Made by a program: the position numbers and the translations under genes. A DNA stretch of 47,487 bases, from contig NC_069005.1 of the NCBI RefSeq assembly GCF_001194135.2, positions 14,947,302 to 14,994,788 of the forward strand, written 5' to 3'. Positions 11,604 through 23,530 of this stretch are shown piece after piece; the first letter of the stretch is position 1; each line of letters opens with the position of its first letter. The notes under the pieces are model-generated. The model was not told the origin of the DNA and searched no databases. It saw nothing but the letters and a program-made list of their open reading frames with translations. The DNA comes from Octopus bimaculoides. Its lineage: Eukaryota.

Positions 11604-11792
11604 CAATGTTTCCCAACCTGGGGTTTGCAAACCCCTGGGTAGCCACAAAAGTAGTGGTGGTGGTGGGGCATGAGCATAGTTCAAAATTTATTAAATGGAC
11701 AGTCCTTTCAAAGGTCTAAGATCCTTGGGAAAATTCATTCAAAGAAAGAAAAAAAAAAGGGTTGTTGGTAGGGAAAAGACTGGGAACTGCCG
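11604..11792. mobile_element. hAT (Charlie-like) MITE
   Basis: Ends caatgtttcccaacct and agactgggaactgccg, degenerate versions of CAGTGGTTCCCAA TIRs. Confidence 0.5.
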
Positions 11793-12249
11793 ATGTAAAG
11801 TTATAATTATAGAACAGAACCAAAGATGTAATCTGTTACACACATAACATTCATGTTATTCATAAGACAACTAACTGATAAACTATGCAATGAAAATAGC
11901 GCTTATAATATATATACACAGCATTTATATTATTTTATTTTTCAAGACAATTGACTGATAAATATTTCCAGTTAAATGATGTGTCTATCCATCATCTCTG
12001 CCTATTATTCCTAGGAGGATTGTGGAGATGGAGTCCTCAAGCATCTACACCATACATCTTACCAGAAGCAACCGCCATTATACTTTCCATTTGGATTCCC
12101 AAGCATGACCCACTGAGGCTAGGAAATTATCCACCATCTTGTTCTTGGTCTACCCTTAGGTCCCAGTTCAGTTGGTTTGGCTTGAAGAATCCATTTTGTG
12201 ATTCATTCCTGCAGCAAGTGTATGATGCTTTGAAAGCATGCTACCTGAC

Positions 12250-12630
<381 letters not shown>

Positions 12631-12789
12631 GATGTATGTATTTATTCAGTGGGACAACTACTGTATTTTGTTCCCTGGAGCCGTGAGTTCAAATCCAACC
12701 AAATGCACATTTATCTAATATGAAAATAAGGATGTAGTACAGCATACTCATATCATAACAGAATAATTTAGTTAAATGCATGCATGCAC

Positions 12790-12915
12790 AGAGAGTTTTA
12801 TTCACAAGGCAATGGTCAGTATGAGGCTATAGTGGAAGACACTTATCCAAATTGCCATGCAGTAGGACTGAACCCAGAAACACATAGTTGTGAAGCGAAC
12901 TTCTTAACTACACAC
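12790..12915 (-). mobile_element. Family B SINE head fragment
   Basis: Reverse complement of the tRNA/CORE head (gaggctatagtggaagacacttatcc...gcagtaggactgaaccc). Confidence 0.7.
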
Positions 12916-13344
12916 CTATACTTGTGCCCATGTGTATGTAGGGGTAAACCTTCATTTGCAATGCAATTATAAATTTTACAAAAGCAACAATCAAGATGAG
13001 GACACCAGTCTGACTAATATAAACAGTATACATAGATTATGTCTTCTTGAAGTAATGATAAAAATAGAAAACAACTCTTGAGGTAAAAGAGTTAACAAGT
13101 GTATATAACAAAGAATATAATTTTCAAAGGTGTTCTCTCTTGAGAATACATCTTCAGCACCACGTAAGTGAATTTTACACTATCTCAAGAACCAAAGTTT
13201 TCTTTCAAAAGTAAATATGTATTTTATTATTCTTTATAAACTAACAAACAGTTTTCAAAACATCCATAGATTTAATATCCCTTTAGAAAATTTTAAATTG
13301 TATTGCTAGCAAAGACTTATCTCTACATACACACGAGCACAAGC

Positions 13345-13740
<396 letters not shown>

Positions 13741-15409
13741 TGCAGCTCTTATGACCTTTAGAACTAATATTTGCATATTCCTTAATAATTAAGAAAATGG
13801 AAAATGCATTTCCCCTACACTGAAATCTTAAAAACTATTGTCATAAAAAAAAACAACCTAAGGCAAAAACATTTAAATCTTATAAGGAAAACAAAACACC
13901 AATAAACAAATTTATCAGCAAGCTTGCCAGACAGTTATGTTGTTGTTGTCATTATTTAATTCTGATTAACTAAACTTATGATCAAAATGCGTTCCAAGGG
14001 GACTGAACTTGAAACTATGTGATTGGGAAGTAAACATCTCAACCACCCAGCCACGCCTGTGCCTAGATTAATGTTGGGAAATGAAAACATTAATATGATA
14101 ATGATAGTGATGAATGCAGTCTGAAACAAAATACATAAAGCATCTTTTAAAGAGTAATTCTAAGCTAATCTCTTCTAAAATAAAGACAAGAACCAAATTC
14201 CAAAGCAATATAATAAACCTTAATAGCCATATAAAATGAAAGGAATTTGTAAATGCAGTTGTATTAAGTGTTGAATTTCAATACCCTTCTTGTTAAGGTA
14301 AGTGGGAAGAGGTTCAAGAATTTTCATTTTGTGCAGCTGAAAATGTGACACAGAAAAAAAAAAAGAAAAAAAAAACTTATAGAGAACATGTTCTTTTCTT
14401 AAATGGATTTCTGAGACTAGTTTTATTTGTTCACAATCAAGTTTAATTAAAAAAAAAAAGCTTGAAAAAAAAAAAAGAGTGGGGGGGAGAAACTGCAAAA
14501 AGAAAAACAACAGTCTCTGTTTGAAATTGTTGAAAATTTACCAGTTCACTAATTTTATAAAGTACTATATTTAAGAGATGTGTTAATTAACCCCAGAGGA
14601 CTCATGAGGTTTGGCATTTAGATCTAATTTCATGGCAGCAGTCATAATACGTTGTTTCTAGAAGATATGGTTCTCTACTCCAAAGCATACACTTAAAGTG
14701 TCACTACNNNNNNNNNNNNNNNNNNNNNNNNNNNNNNNNNNNNNNNNNNNNNNNNNNNNNNNNNNNNNNNNNNNNNNNNNNNNNNNNNNNNNNNNNNNNN
14801 NNNNNNNNNNNNNNNNNNNNNNNNNNNNNNNNNNNNNNNNNNNNNNNNNNNNNNNNNNNNNNNNNNNNNNNNNNNNNNNNNNNNNNNNNNNNNNNNNNNN
14901 NNNNNNNNNNNNNNNNNNNNNNNNNNNNNNNNNNNNNNNNNNNNNNNNNNNNNNNNNNNNNNNNNNNNNNNNNNNNNNNNNNNNNNNNNNNNNNNNNNNN
15001 NNNNNNNNNNNNNNNNNNNNNNNNNNNNNNNNNNNNNNNNNNNNNNNNNNNNNNNNNNNNNNNNNNNNNNNNNNNNNNNNNNNNNNNNNNNNNNNNNNNN
15101 NNNNNNNNNNNNNNNNNNNNNNNNNNNNNNNAAAGAGTATTGATCTGGGACTTATGGAAACAATAACAAAGGAACAATGAGCTGGTAATTCAAAACCTCA
15201 AATTTACAGTCAATAACCTCTACAATTACTATGCTTAAAGAAAGAAAGAAAAATGGTTAGAATTATCTTTAAAGGGCATTATCATCCATTCCAGACACTG
15301 TTGCAATAAATATTAAGTAATCTGCTGGATAGTTGGTGTGCCATTGAAAACTTACACTTCATGTTGCAATACAAGAGAGCATATATTACTGTATGTAACA
15401 AAACTTCAT

Positions 15410-15845
15410 TTTTTTTTTTTGTCTTTGGTCAGTAAGTGTTATTTCCTATTTGCTTCTATCTAGAAATCAAAGGAAATCACTACTATTTCTGGACATCAAA
15501 GTTTTCAAACTGACCTATTTTCTTTTACATTTCAGATAGATTCAGCGCTGAGTTGCTGAAGCAGAAATATCATTATAGCAAATGTTCTGTTCAATAGCAC
15601 AGATTTGCTTGACCACAACCAGTTAAGCATGGCCCTTGGTGGCTGACAATATGTGCATCTCTGATGATAAGTAGTAGTGGGGAAGCATCATAGCCATGTG
15701 TTGAGAGGGATTCTTTGGGGTTTGAAGAAATGAAACAAAAGCAAAGTTTGAGGGAAAATATTAACCATTTTTCATACTGTCTTAAGCTAAGCAAATAGGA
15801 AATAACAATTGTTAGCCAAAGACAAAAATTGTGTTACACAGTGCT
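15410..15845 (+). mobile_element. Non-autonomous element with 19-bp subterminal inverted repeats (MITE or Helentron/HINE-like), copy 1
   Basis: tgttatttcctatttgctt (about 15438) and aagcaaataggaaataaca (about 15790); both end regions are shared with the copy at 28700-29050. Confidence 0.6.
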
Positions 15846-15959
15846 ATAGTGGTTTTCTTATACTTATCCATGCTGTTGGTAAGATTTACTTACACCTAGC
15901 ACTGCAAGCTCACCAAAGATTAATCAATTGTACAGTAATATAGCTTCTTTGTTTACAAC

Positions 15960-16160
15960 AATGAACTACATCACCATTTACCACCCATCTTCCATGCTGA
16001 CATGGGCTGGATGATTTCCAAACAAACCAAAGGGCTGTGCCAAACCCCAATGTCTGCTTTGGCATGGTTTCTATGGCTGGGACCTTTCCTAATGCCAACC
16101 ACTTTTTAGAGTACACTAGGTATTTTTTACATGGCACCAGCACTAGTGAGGTCACCAAGT
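15960..16160 (-). mobile_element. RTE-tailed SINE 3' portion
   Basis: Reverse complement of the shared tail (ccatcttccatgctgacatgggctggatg...ttcctaatgccaaccac...tttttacatggcacc). Confidence 0.7.
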
Positions 16161-17229
16161 AGCTTACAAGACTCGACTCTTCAACTAATGGTTTGTAGTG
16201 CCAGGTGGGGTGGCTTTAAACCAGGTGATGAGAGGTTATGACAAATGGAAAGGCATCTTGCTGTAAAAGAGTTATATGCCCCCGCCCCATCACGCTGGAA
16301 AAGAGAAATGGTGGTAATAAGGTGTCACAACCTGACCTCATATCAAGATAAATAGCACACGACCTTGTAGGTGGGGGCCCTCACTACTACTACTACTACT
16401 GCTACTATTGTGAACAATTCTCTCCATTGCAGCAATTGTTATTGGATCTTCTCAGCAAGCACTACCAGGTTTCATTGACATTTGGTACACAGCTAGCAGA
16501 CTGCATGAAACACCAGAGCAGCAGTTCTAGCCTTCTTTATTATAAGAAGGTTATATTATCTTAAGGATTTAATGTGAAATGCATGCTCCTATTTCAAAGA
16601 ATTGGTAGAAGCCATTTTTTAAAAGATTTAGCTTCTACAATGAACAGTCTCTCTACCTCAATCTTTTACCTTAGTTTATTTGGTATTGGTGTTGTTTAGT
16701 TAGCTCACAGTCAGCCTTAATTGAGCAGACCTGTGATTAAATATTCTCACTACCACAGATCCCTTTTCTTTAATCCTTCCGTTAATTCATTTTGAAAAAG
16801 AAAAAAAATGAATTTACAATGGTAGTGTTTGGAACATAATTTAACATGAAATTTCAATGGAGGGTTTTAATTTTGATTACTTTAAAAATGGGCATATCAC
16901 AAAACCAGAGTCAGTCCTGGGCAGGTTGCTATCAAAAAGCTATGAACGTTTTTACAGACCTCAGTGTTTTTGAAAGGCTTCCCAACTCAACAGATTTCAA
17001 ACTCAGCTCATGGGCCCCCAGCACTTTCTTGGTGAAACTAAGATTGGGTAGGACTGTGGTAAGGTGTAATTTGAGGGTGATTTGGCTACTATATTTGTAG
17101 TCACTACACAGATGTTCTCTGATTGGCTTGTCAGTTGGTTTGATGTTCATTAATATAGAATAACAGACACGTTAGTCAATAAGATGATGCTCATTAATGC
17201 TGACATTCGTTAATGTAAAATAATAACAG

Positions 17230-17400
17230 ATACAACCAAGAGGAAAACGACTTGGACTTTATTACAAAGTGGAATGTAATAAGCATTACGGGATGTTCCT
17301 TGTAAAAGGTCGTCAGAAACTCATTAGTTCTTGAAACTAAAAGAACAAAAACTAAATTAACTGTGGATCGATGTAATTGCACCAACATGTTGAAATATTG
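17230..17400 (+). mobile_element. Possible Penelope-like GIY-YIG C-terminal remnant
   Basis: Stitched translation DFITKWNVISIT...RQKLISSLETKRTKTKLTVDR resembles the PLE C-terminal 'R.I.EALEIK...LN.D' helix; heavily decayed. Confidence 0.3.
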
Positions 17401-17871
17401 GTATTCTATACACAGGAAACAGGTATAAATTTAATGACAGCAATGACATTTGAATAAACTTTACAATGCCAACTTAGCACACGAAACCAAATTATCTGAA
17501 GCTGCTTCAACAGATCTAGTTGCAAGACAAACAAACTAATACAACTTTAGATGCTGTCTCACATTTTCATGAAATACTCTAAGCTCCTAGTATATAATAA
17601 AGTCGTCTAATGCTTTATTGTCCGACAAAATAAAATACAATAAAGGGAAAAAAAAGTGGAAACAAATTTTTCAATATCCGGTCACACGGTGTAAAATGTT
17701 GTTAACAGATTTATTTCATGGTAAATAAACACAAAATACAAACAGAGACATTCATTAAAGTAGTCATCAGCTATGATTAACCTTATTTCGTAAATTACTG
17801 CATTTGACTGCATATAAGACGCACTTTTCCACAAAAGAAAAAAAAAAAATGTTTCAAGAAGGAAAAAATAT

Positions 17872-18130
17872 CACCCTGGGTTCTCTTTATTTTATCTTTT
17901 ACTTGTCTCAGTCATTTGACCATGGCCATGCTGGGGCACTGGCTTGAAAAAGTACACACTTGTGAGATGGATATGAACCAGGTCTCGAAAGGAAAAAAAA
18001 ACAACCACCCTGGGTCCTATATCTCTAATTTTATCTTTTACATATTTTAGCCATTTGACTGCGGCCATACTGGGGCATCACCTTGTAAAAGTATACTTTC
18101 ATGAGATGGATATAAACCACTAACCAAAGG
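17872..18130. repeat. Diverged 134-bp tandem duplication (SINE B tail plus tRNA 3' half)
   Basis: caccctggg at 17872 and 18006; both units contain tcatttgac.gcggccat.ctgggca and gagatggatat.aacca. Confidence 0.8.
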
Positions 18131-18190
18131 ATCACAGACATTTAAATTCAGACTACAGTCCTCCGCTCTACCCAATTGAGCTATCATGAG
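18097..18190 (-). pseudogene. tRNA-Tyr(GUA) pseudogene retaining a 20-nt intron
   Basis: Minus strand ctcatgatagctcaattgggtagagcggaggactgtag-[tctgaatttaaatgtctgtg]-atcctttggttagtggtttatatccatctcatgaaa. It has the Tyr D arm and anticodon stem with the intron at the canonical position, but the T-loop/B box is degenerate and there is an acceptor mismatch. Confidence 0.8.
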
Positions 18191-18299
18191 AACAAAAAAT
18201 TCTAACAAATCTGTAGAATTCAAATACTATGTCTGCTGTAAACCATACTTCTGTGCTAACCACTACACCAAAGCAAGTTCACATATGCAAAGTTGCTTC

Positions 18300-18675
18300 A
18301 TTCTTTTACTGGTTTTAATCATTTGACTGTGGTCATGCTGGAGCACCACCTTAAAGGATTTTAGTCACAAAAATCAACCCCAGGATTTATTCTTTGTAAA
18401 CCTAATACTTGTTTTATTGGTCTCTTTTGCCAAACCACTAAGTTATGGGGACATAAACACAACAACATCGGTTGTCAAGTAATGGTAGGAGGACAAACAC
18501 AGACACACAAATATACACATATATATGATGGGATACTTTCAGTTTCCATCTACCAGATCCACTCACAAGGCTTTGGTTGGCCCAAGGCTATAGTAGAAGA
18601 CACTTACCTAAGGTGCCATGCAGTGGGACTGAACCTGGAACCATGTGGCTATGAAACAAGCTTCTTACCACAAAC
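18300..18675 (-). mobile_element. Family B CORE-type SINE, near full length
   Basis: Reverse complement runs from tail (cttttactggttttaatcatttgactgtggtcatgctggagcacc) to head (gccatgcagtgggactgaacctggaacc). Confidence 0.8.
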
Positions 18676-18942
18676 CCACACTGCTTTATATATTAATATG
18701 CTTTAATGCACTAAAAACATTTTTTTTCTGAATATGCGCTGCTGAAATTGAGGTGCCTCTAACATGTCTGTATATCTTTTATACCAGCAAATACAGTATC
18801 TGAACCCAGTAACTTTACAACAATGATCCAAATGTGACCGTTACAATGTGCCATGCAGTGAAACTGAATCTGGAATCATGTGGTTGGAAAGCAATCTTCT
18901 TGCCATACAGCCATGCAAAAGTCTATAAAATTCTTAAGACGT

Positions 18943-19000
<58 letters not shown>

Positions 19001-19004
<4 letters not shown>

Positions 19005-19406
19005 GCCATCCCATAAATAATGTGGTTTTTTTATACTTCTTTAATTTTTCAAAATTAAGATAAACAAAATTCTTTTTTAATCTACAATAAACTCTCCTTC
19101 ATTTTCTACAATACTCTTCCATCTATCTGGTAGACTTGCAAGACCTCTCTTCCAGAATTCACTTGTGCGTGACAAAAATACTCATCTACAGAATTCATAT
19201 TTTTCCATCCAAATGATTTTGAAGACTGCGGAATAAATGATAATCAGATGGGGCAATGTCCAGCGAATATGGGGTAATGTCCAGCATTCAAACTGCTCCA
19301 GCCCTTTGAATGTCATTCTCGCTGTATGTGGTCGAGCATTAACCTGATGGTAGAATACCTATCGTCTTGAAACCAGAGATGGTCGTTTTTCTTCTAGCAC
19401 TGACTT
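19001..19406 (-). mobile_element. Mariner 3' third with right TIR, abutting (TA)n
   Basis: Minus translation KSVLEEKRPSLVSRR..VFYHQVNARPHTA..YSLDIAPSDYHLFRSLQ..EFWKRGLASLPDRWKSIVENEGEF; TIR ttgggccatcccataaataatg at 19001. Confidence 0.85.
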
Positions 19407-20985
19407 GTGATCGTAGCTCTGAGTGTGGCCAAGAGCCATTATAAACAGTAGTGGTTCCAAAACAGTGCCTTGCGGAACACTGTTCATTATTTGGGTGTCA
19501 TTGGAGATGGCCCCATTGGCTACTACTGCTTGATTTCTGTCTCTCATGAAGTCATGCAGTCATTCTCCCAATTTTCCGACTATGGCAAGATCATGCAGTT
19601 TGTAACATATCACTCCATAACTGACTTTATTGAAAACCTTTGCAAACTCAAGATATATCCCATCCACATTTGAGTGGTTGAGCAACTGCTTCAACACCAA
19701 GTCATAGTGTTGCAAGAGCTGAGTGAAGCAGTTTCTTTGTGGTCTGAAACTATGTTGGGCATCAGTCAGCAAGTCATTTTCCTCAAGGAATGCAATTAGT
19801 TTTCTTCTGACTAATCATTCCATGATTTTGCTGATGTGTGAGGTCAGAGGGATAGATCTGTAGTTTTTGGCCTCTGCTACCTCCTTTATGAATAGAGCAT
19901 ATTTTACCTTCCTTCAGCTTGCTTGGAAGTTTGTCAGTTGCAAGGAAGCTCTAGAAGAGAAACTGCAGTGGTCTTGCTAGGACACACATGATTTTAGAAG
20001 GGATTACTGGGAACCTATCAGGGCCATCTCATCTATAGCCCTTATTACATCGTCTATTATATTGATGTAATCAATCATCATTGCCTCTGTTTTTATATCT
20101 GCAGTGGCAAAAAAGTCAGCTGGATTGCTGACATGCAAGTGTCCTAGGGGTGGAGTGATAACACTTTTGAATTGCTCATTTAATATTTCATTTATCCTCA
20201 TTGGGTTTCCTGTGAGTGAACCATCTTTTCCGAGGAGTGGCCCTACCCTGCAGTGCACTGAGGCTGTTTCTTTGGCAAACTTGAAGAAGGCTCTGAGGTT
20301 AGATTTTATATTGTCTATAGCTCAGGATTCTTTGTCTGCTCTTTGCTTTTCATGGGAGAGTTAGGGTGAAGGTTAGGGTTTTTGTACACTGTCTCATAAA
20401 AACTTTCCTCTACCTGGGGATTTTGTTCTTGTGTACAGTGGCCTTTCTTTCTGGGACACATATGTAGCATACGGCTTGCATTACAGACATAAATTGTTGA
20501 AGTTTCATATCGATGTCCGGTGAGGAGAGACATTCAGTCCAGTTTTGTTTGAGGATCTCTTTCTCAATTTGTTTCCAGTTTGCCTTACGGCAGTCAAACA
20601 GAAGAGATTTCAAGAGTTTCTAGTAGGTTGCATGTCCATGGTTTCCTTTGGTCCATACATGGTCAACTCTACCATATTGTGATCCAAGAATAGCATTAGT
20701 GTCACTTTCACATTATAGATGAGATCCACATTATTTGTGAAGTAGCGATCCAGTATATTACCTGCCCTGGTTGGTTGGAGTACTATTTGCTCAATGTACA
20801 AAGTGTTGATGAAGTTCAGGAGAGACTTCACCTGTCCTTGTTTGCAACACACCAATCCTGGGAGAGAAAGGCCCTCAGGCCATCTGACATTGGGCAGATT
20901 GAAGTCTCTCATAAGAAGTATGGTTATGTGTTGTTCTAATGTAACTAGAACTTCTCTTTTTGTGAAGGCAGTCTACATATAACTA
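19405..20985 (-). mobile_element. CR1/L2-group LINE ORF2 remnant (APE endonuclease end plus RT N-terminal half)
   Basis: DFNLPNVRW...QPTRAGNILDRYFTNN (APE); QHSFRPQRNCFTQLL...DGIYLEFAKVFNKV...VPQGTVLEPLLFIMA (RT); many stops and frameshifts. Confidence 0.88.
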
Positions 20986-21044
20986 CATCGAGTTGTCTTA
21001 TATGTACAATTAGTGTGTCACATACTGAACTTGAGTGTGACAAA

Positions 21045-21165
21045 GAGACCTGGTGTCTGCCAAAACATTCACAGAAGTCTGGTGCAGGTTTCTGCCTGGA
21101 CGGCTCTTGTGTAACCATTCCACCCATGCTAGCATGGAAGGAGGATGTTAAATGATGATGATGTT
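21045..21165 (+). mobile_element. RTE-tailed SINE 3' fragment
   Basis: aaccattccacccatgctagcatggaaggaggatgttaaatgatgatgatg tail. Confidence 0.7.
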
Positions 21166-21254
21166 GATATACATACATATATAGATTAGAGACAGGTATT
21201 CTCTGTATAGAATGCACTTCATAGTGCTCAAGAGATTTGAACTTAAGCAGATAG

Positions 21255-21350
21255 AGGAGTAAATGTAAGGACAAGCAAGATAGGCAAGACAATATACATA
21301 AATTTTTGTATATCGACTTGCCTAACTTGCTTGTCCTTACATTTACTCCT
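21255..21350. repeat. 96-bp spacerless palindrome
   Basis: aggagtaaatgtaaggacaagcaagataggcaagacaatatacataaa followed by its reverse complement with about 4 mismatches. Confidence 0.92.
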
Positions 21351-22904
21351 ATATANNNNNNNNNNNNNNNNNNNNNNNNNNNNNNNNNNNNNNNNNNNNN
21401 NNNNNNNNNNNNNNNNNNNNNNNNNNNNNNNNNNNNNNNNNNNNNNNNNNNNNNNNNNNNNNNNNNNNNNNNNNNNNNNNNNNNNNNNNNNNNNNNNNNN
21501 NNNNNNNNNNNNNNNNNNNNNNNNNNNNNNNNNNNNNNNNNNNNNNNNNNNNNNNNNNNNNNNNNNNNNNNNNNNNNNNNNNNNNNNNNNNNNNNNNNNN
21601 NNNNNNNNNNNNNNNNNNNNNNNNNNNNNNNNNNNNNNNNNNNNNNNNNNNNNNNNNNNNNNNNNNNNNNNNNNNNNNNNNNNNNNNNNNNNNNNNNNNN
21701 NNNNNNNNNNNNNNNNNNNNNNNNNNNNNNNNNNNNNNNNNNNNNNNNNNNNNNNNNNNNNNNNNNNNNNNNNNNNNNNNNNNNNNNNNNNNNNNNNNNN
21801 NNNNNNNNNNNNNNNNNNNNNNNNNNNNNNNNNNNNNNNNNNNNNNNNNNNNNNNNNNNNNNNNNNNNNNNNNNNNNNNNNNNNNNNNNNNNNNNNNNNN
21901 NNNNNNNNNNNNNNNNNNNNNNNNNNNNNNNNNNNNNNNNNNNNNNNNNNNNNNNNNNNNNNNNNNNNNNNNNNNNNNNNNNNNNNNNNNNNNNNNNNNN
22001 NNNNNNNNNNNNNNNNNNNNNNNNNNNNNNNNNNNNNNNNNNNNNNNNNNNNNNNNNNNNNNNNNNNNNNNNNNNNNNNNNNNNNNNNNNNNNNNNNNNN
22101 NNNNNNNNNNNNNNNNNNNNNNNNNNNNNNNNNNNNNNNNNNNNNNNNNNNNNNNNNNNNNNNNNNNNNNNNNNNNNNNNNNNNNNNNNNNNNNNNNNNN
22201 NNNNNNNNNNNNNNNNNNNNNNNNNNNNNNNNNNNNNNNNNNNNNNNNNNNNNNNNNNNNNNNNNNNNNNNTAACAGTTCAATCACTTGGCCATTTATCA
22301 CAAGTAAGAAGATAAAAAACTGGAAAACAACCAAAACAACCACCTCTGCTTTATTTGGAACACCAACCACAGGGTAAAATGATTGGTTAGACATCCTGCA
22401 GCGTTGGTGATATTTTTGTTTGTGTTTTTTGATTTTTATGGTTTGGGGTTTTATTTTCTGTGTTTAAGGTAATTAAAAAAACACAAACATGCACACAAAA
22501 ACACAAGACAAAAAGTACATTCATAAATAAAATGGTAAACACATGAACCTTAATGAAATCCTGTGTTTTATTTTGTGTGTGTATGTTTATGTACTAGGAG
22601 TGTGTCAGCAGGTAGTGGGGGGAAAAAGTATACAGCTTGTGAGGAAAATCAAATGCTATTGAGAGGAAATTGGTAATAGAATGATTGGGTTTTATCTCCA
22701 TTTTATTTTCGGCTAAATTATATGAATGAAGAAGAGAAGAGGAAAGGAGGGGAGGGGAAGGTTACGTGGACAGATTTAATCATTAAAAGAAAGAAGAATA
22801 AAGGGAGACACGCAGAGCAACAGAGACAGACAGAAGACAGTAGAATTGAATGTGCAAAGTGAAATGAAAAGTTTCAACTAATCCAGTATTTTAGAAAAGC
22901 AGGA

Positions 22905-23530
22905 TGCTTATGCAGGGACCACAACAGATGCCCAGTGAGGGACCACTGTGAAACCAAAGGAGTTGTCTATGAAGCTGAGGTGCTGGCTGACCCAAATAGC
23001 AGCAGCAATATCAACAGTTCCCCCAATGGCCACTACAGTACCAATAGTAGCAGCAAGAGAGACATGAACAGAACCAGTGGCAGCACCATCACCAGCGATA
23101 ACAACAATAACAACATCAACAACAGCAATGGCAGTATCCCTAACGGAAATAGCAGCAGAGCCATTGCCAATGATATCTATAACAGCAGTGACAGCGTCTC
23201 CATCAACGACGATGACCATAACAACAACAGTACCATTACCAACAACAGCAGTAGCAGCAACGCCAACACCATCAGACACAGTACTGCTAACACCCGATCA
23301 TGGAGATACATCAGTTGCTCCGGTAACACTTTCAAACAATGCCTCTACAACCACAAATCCTCCTTCAGGATACCAGAAAGGAGATATGTTACATCACTAG
23401 CCAGCCATGTACAGCAGCTGAAAGACGACAGGATTCCATACACAATAGCATGGAGAATCCTAGAAAATCCAGGCCCCTACATAAACGGAACCAAGCAGTG
23501 TAAACTATGCATAGTGGAACATCCTTAACT
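22905..23530 (+). mobile_element. Penelope-like element GIY-YIG endonuclease remnant with in-frame microsatellite expansion
   Basis: HCETKGVVYEAEV...[about 100 aa S/N-rich]...RYISCSGNTFKQCLYNHKSSFR...TSLASHVQQLKDDRIPYTIAWRILE..PYINGTKQCKLC is the typical PLE GIY-YIG domain with a terminal CxxC. Confidence 0.8.

Larger units (their letters stand above)
17796..18798. mobile_element. pogo/Tc2-like MITE ends enclosing nested sequence
   Basis: Left end tactgcatttgactgcatataagacgcac and right end atcttttataccagcaaatacagta form degenerate TIRs with TA at both ends. Confidence 0.45.

Noticed and set aside
17480-17720. Possible PLE terminal repeat or hammerhead after the 17.3 kb remnant
   Set aside because: No CUGANGA/GAAA core with matching stems could be assembled on either strand.
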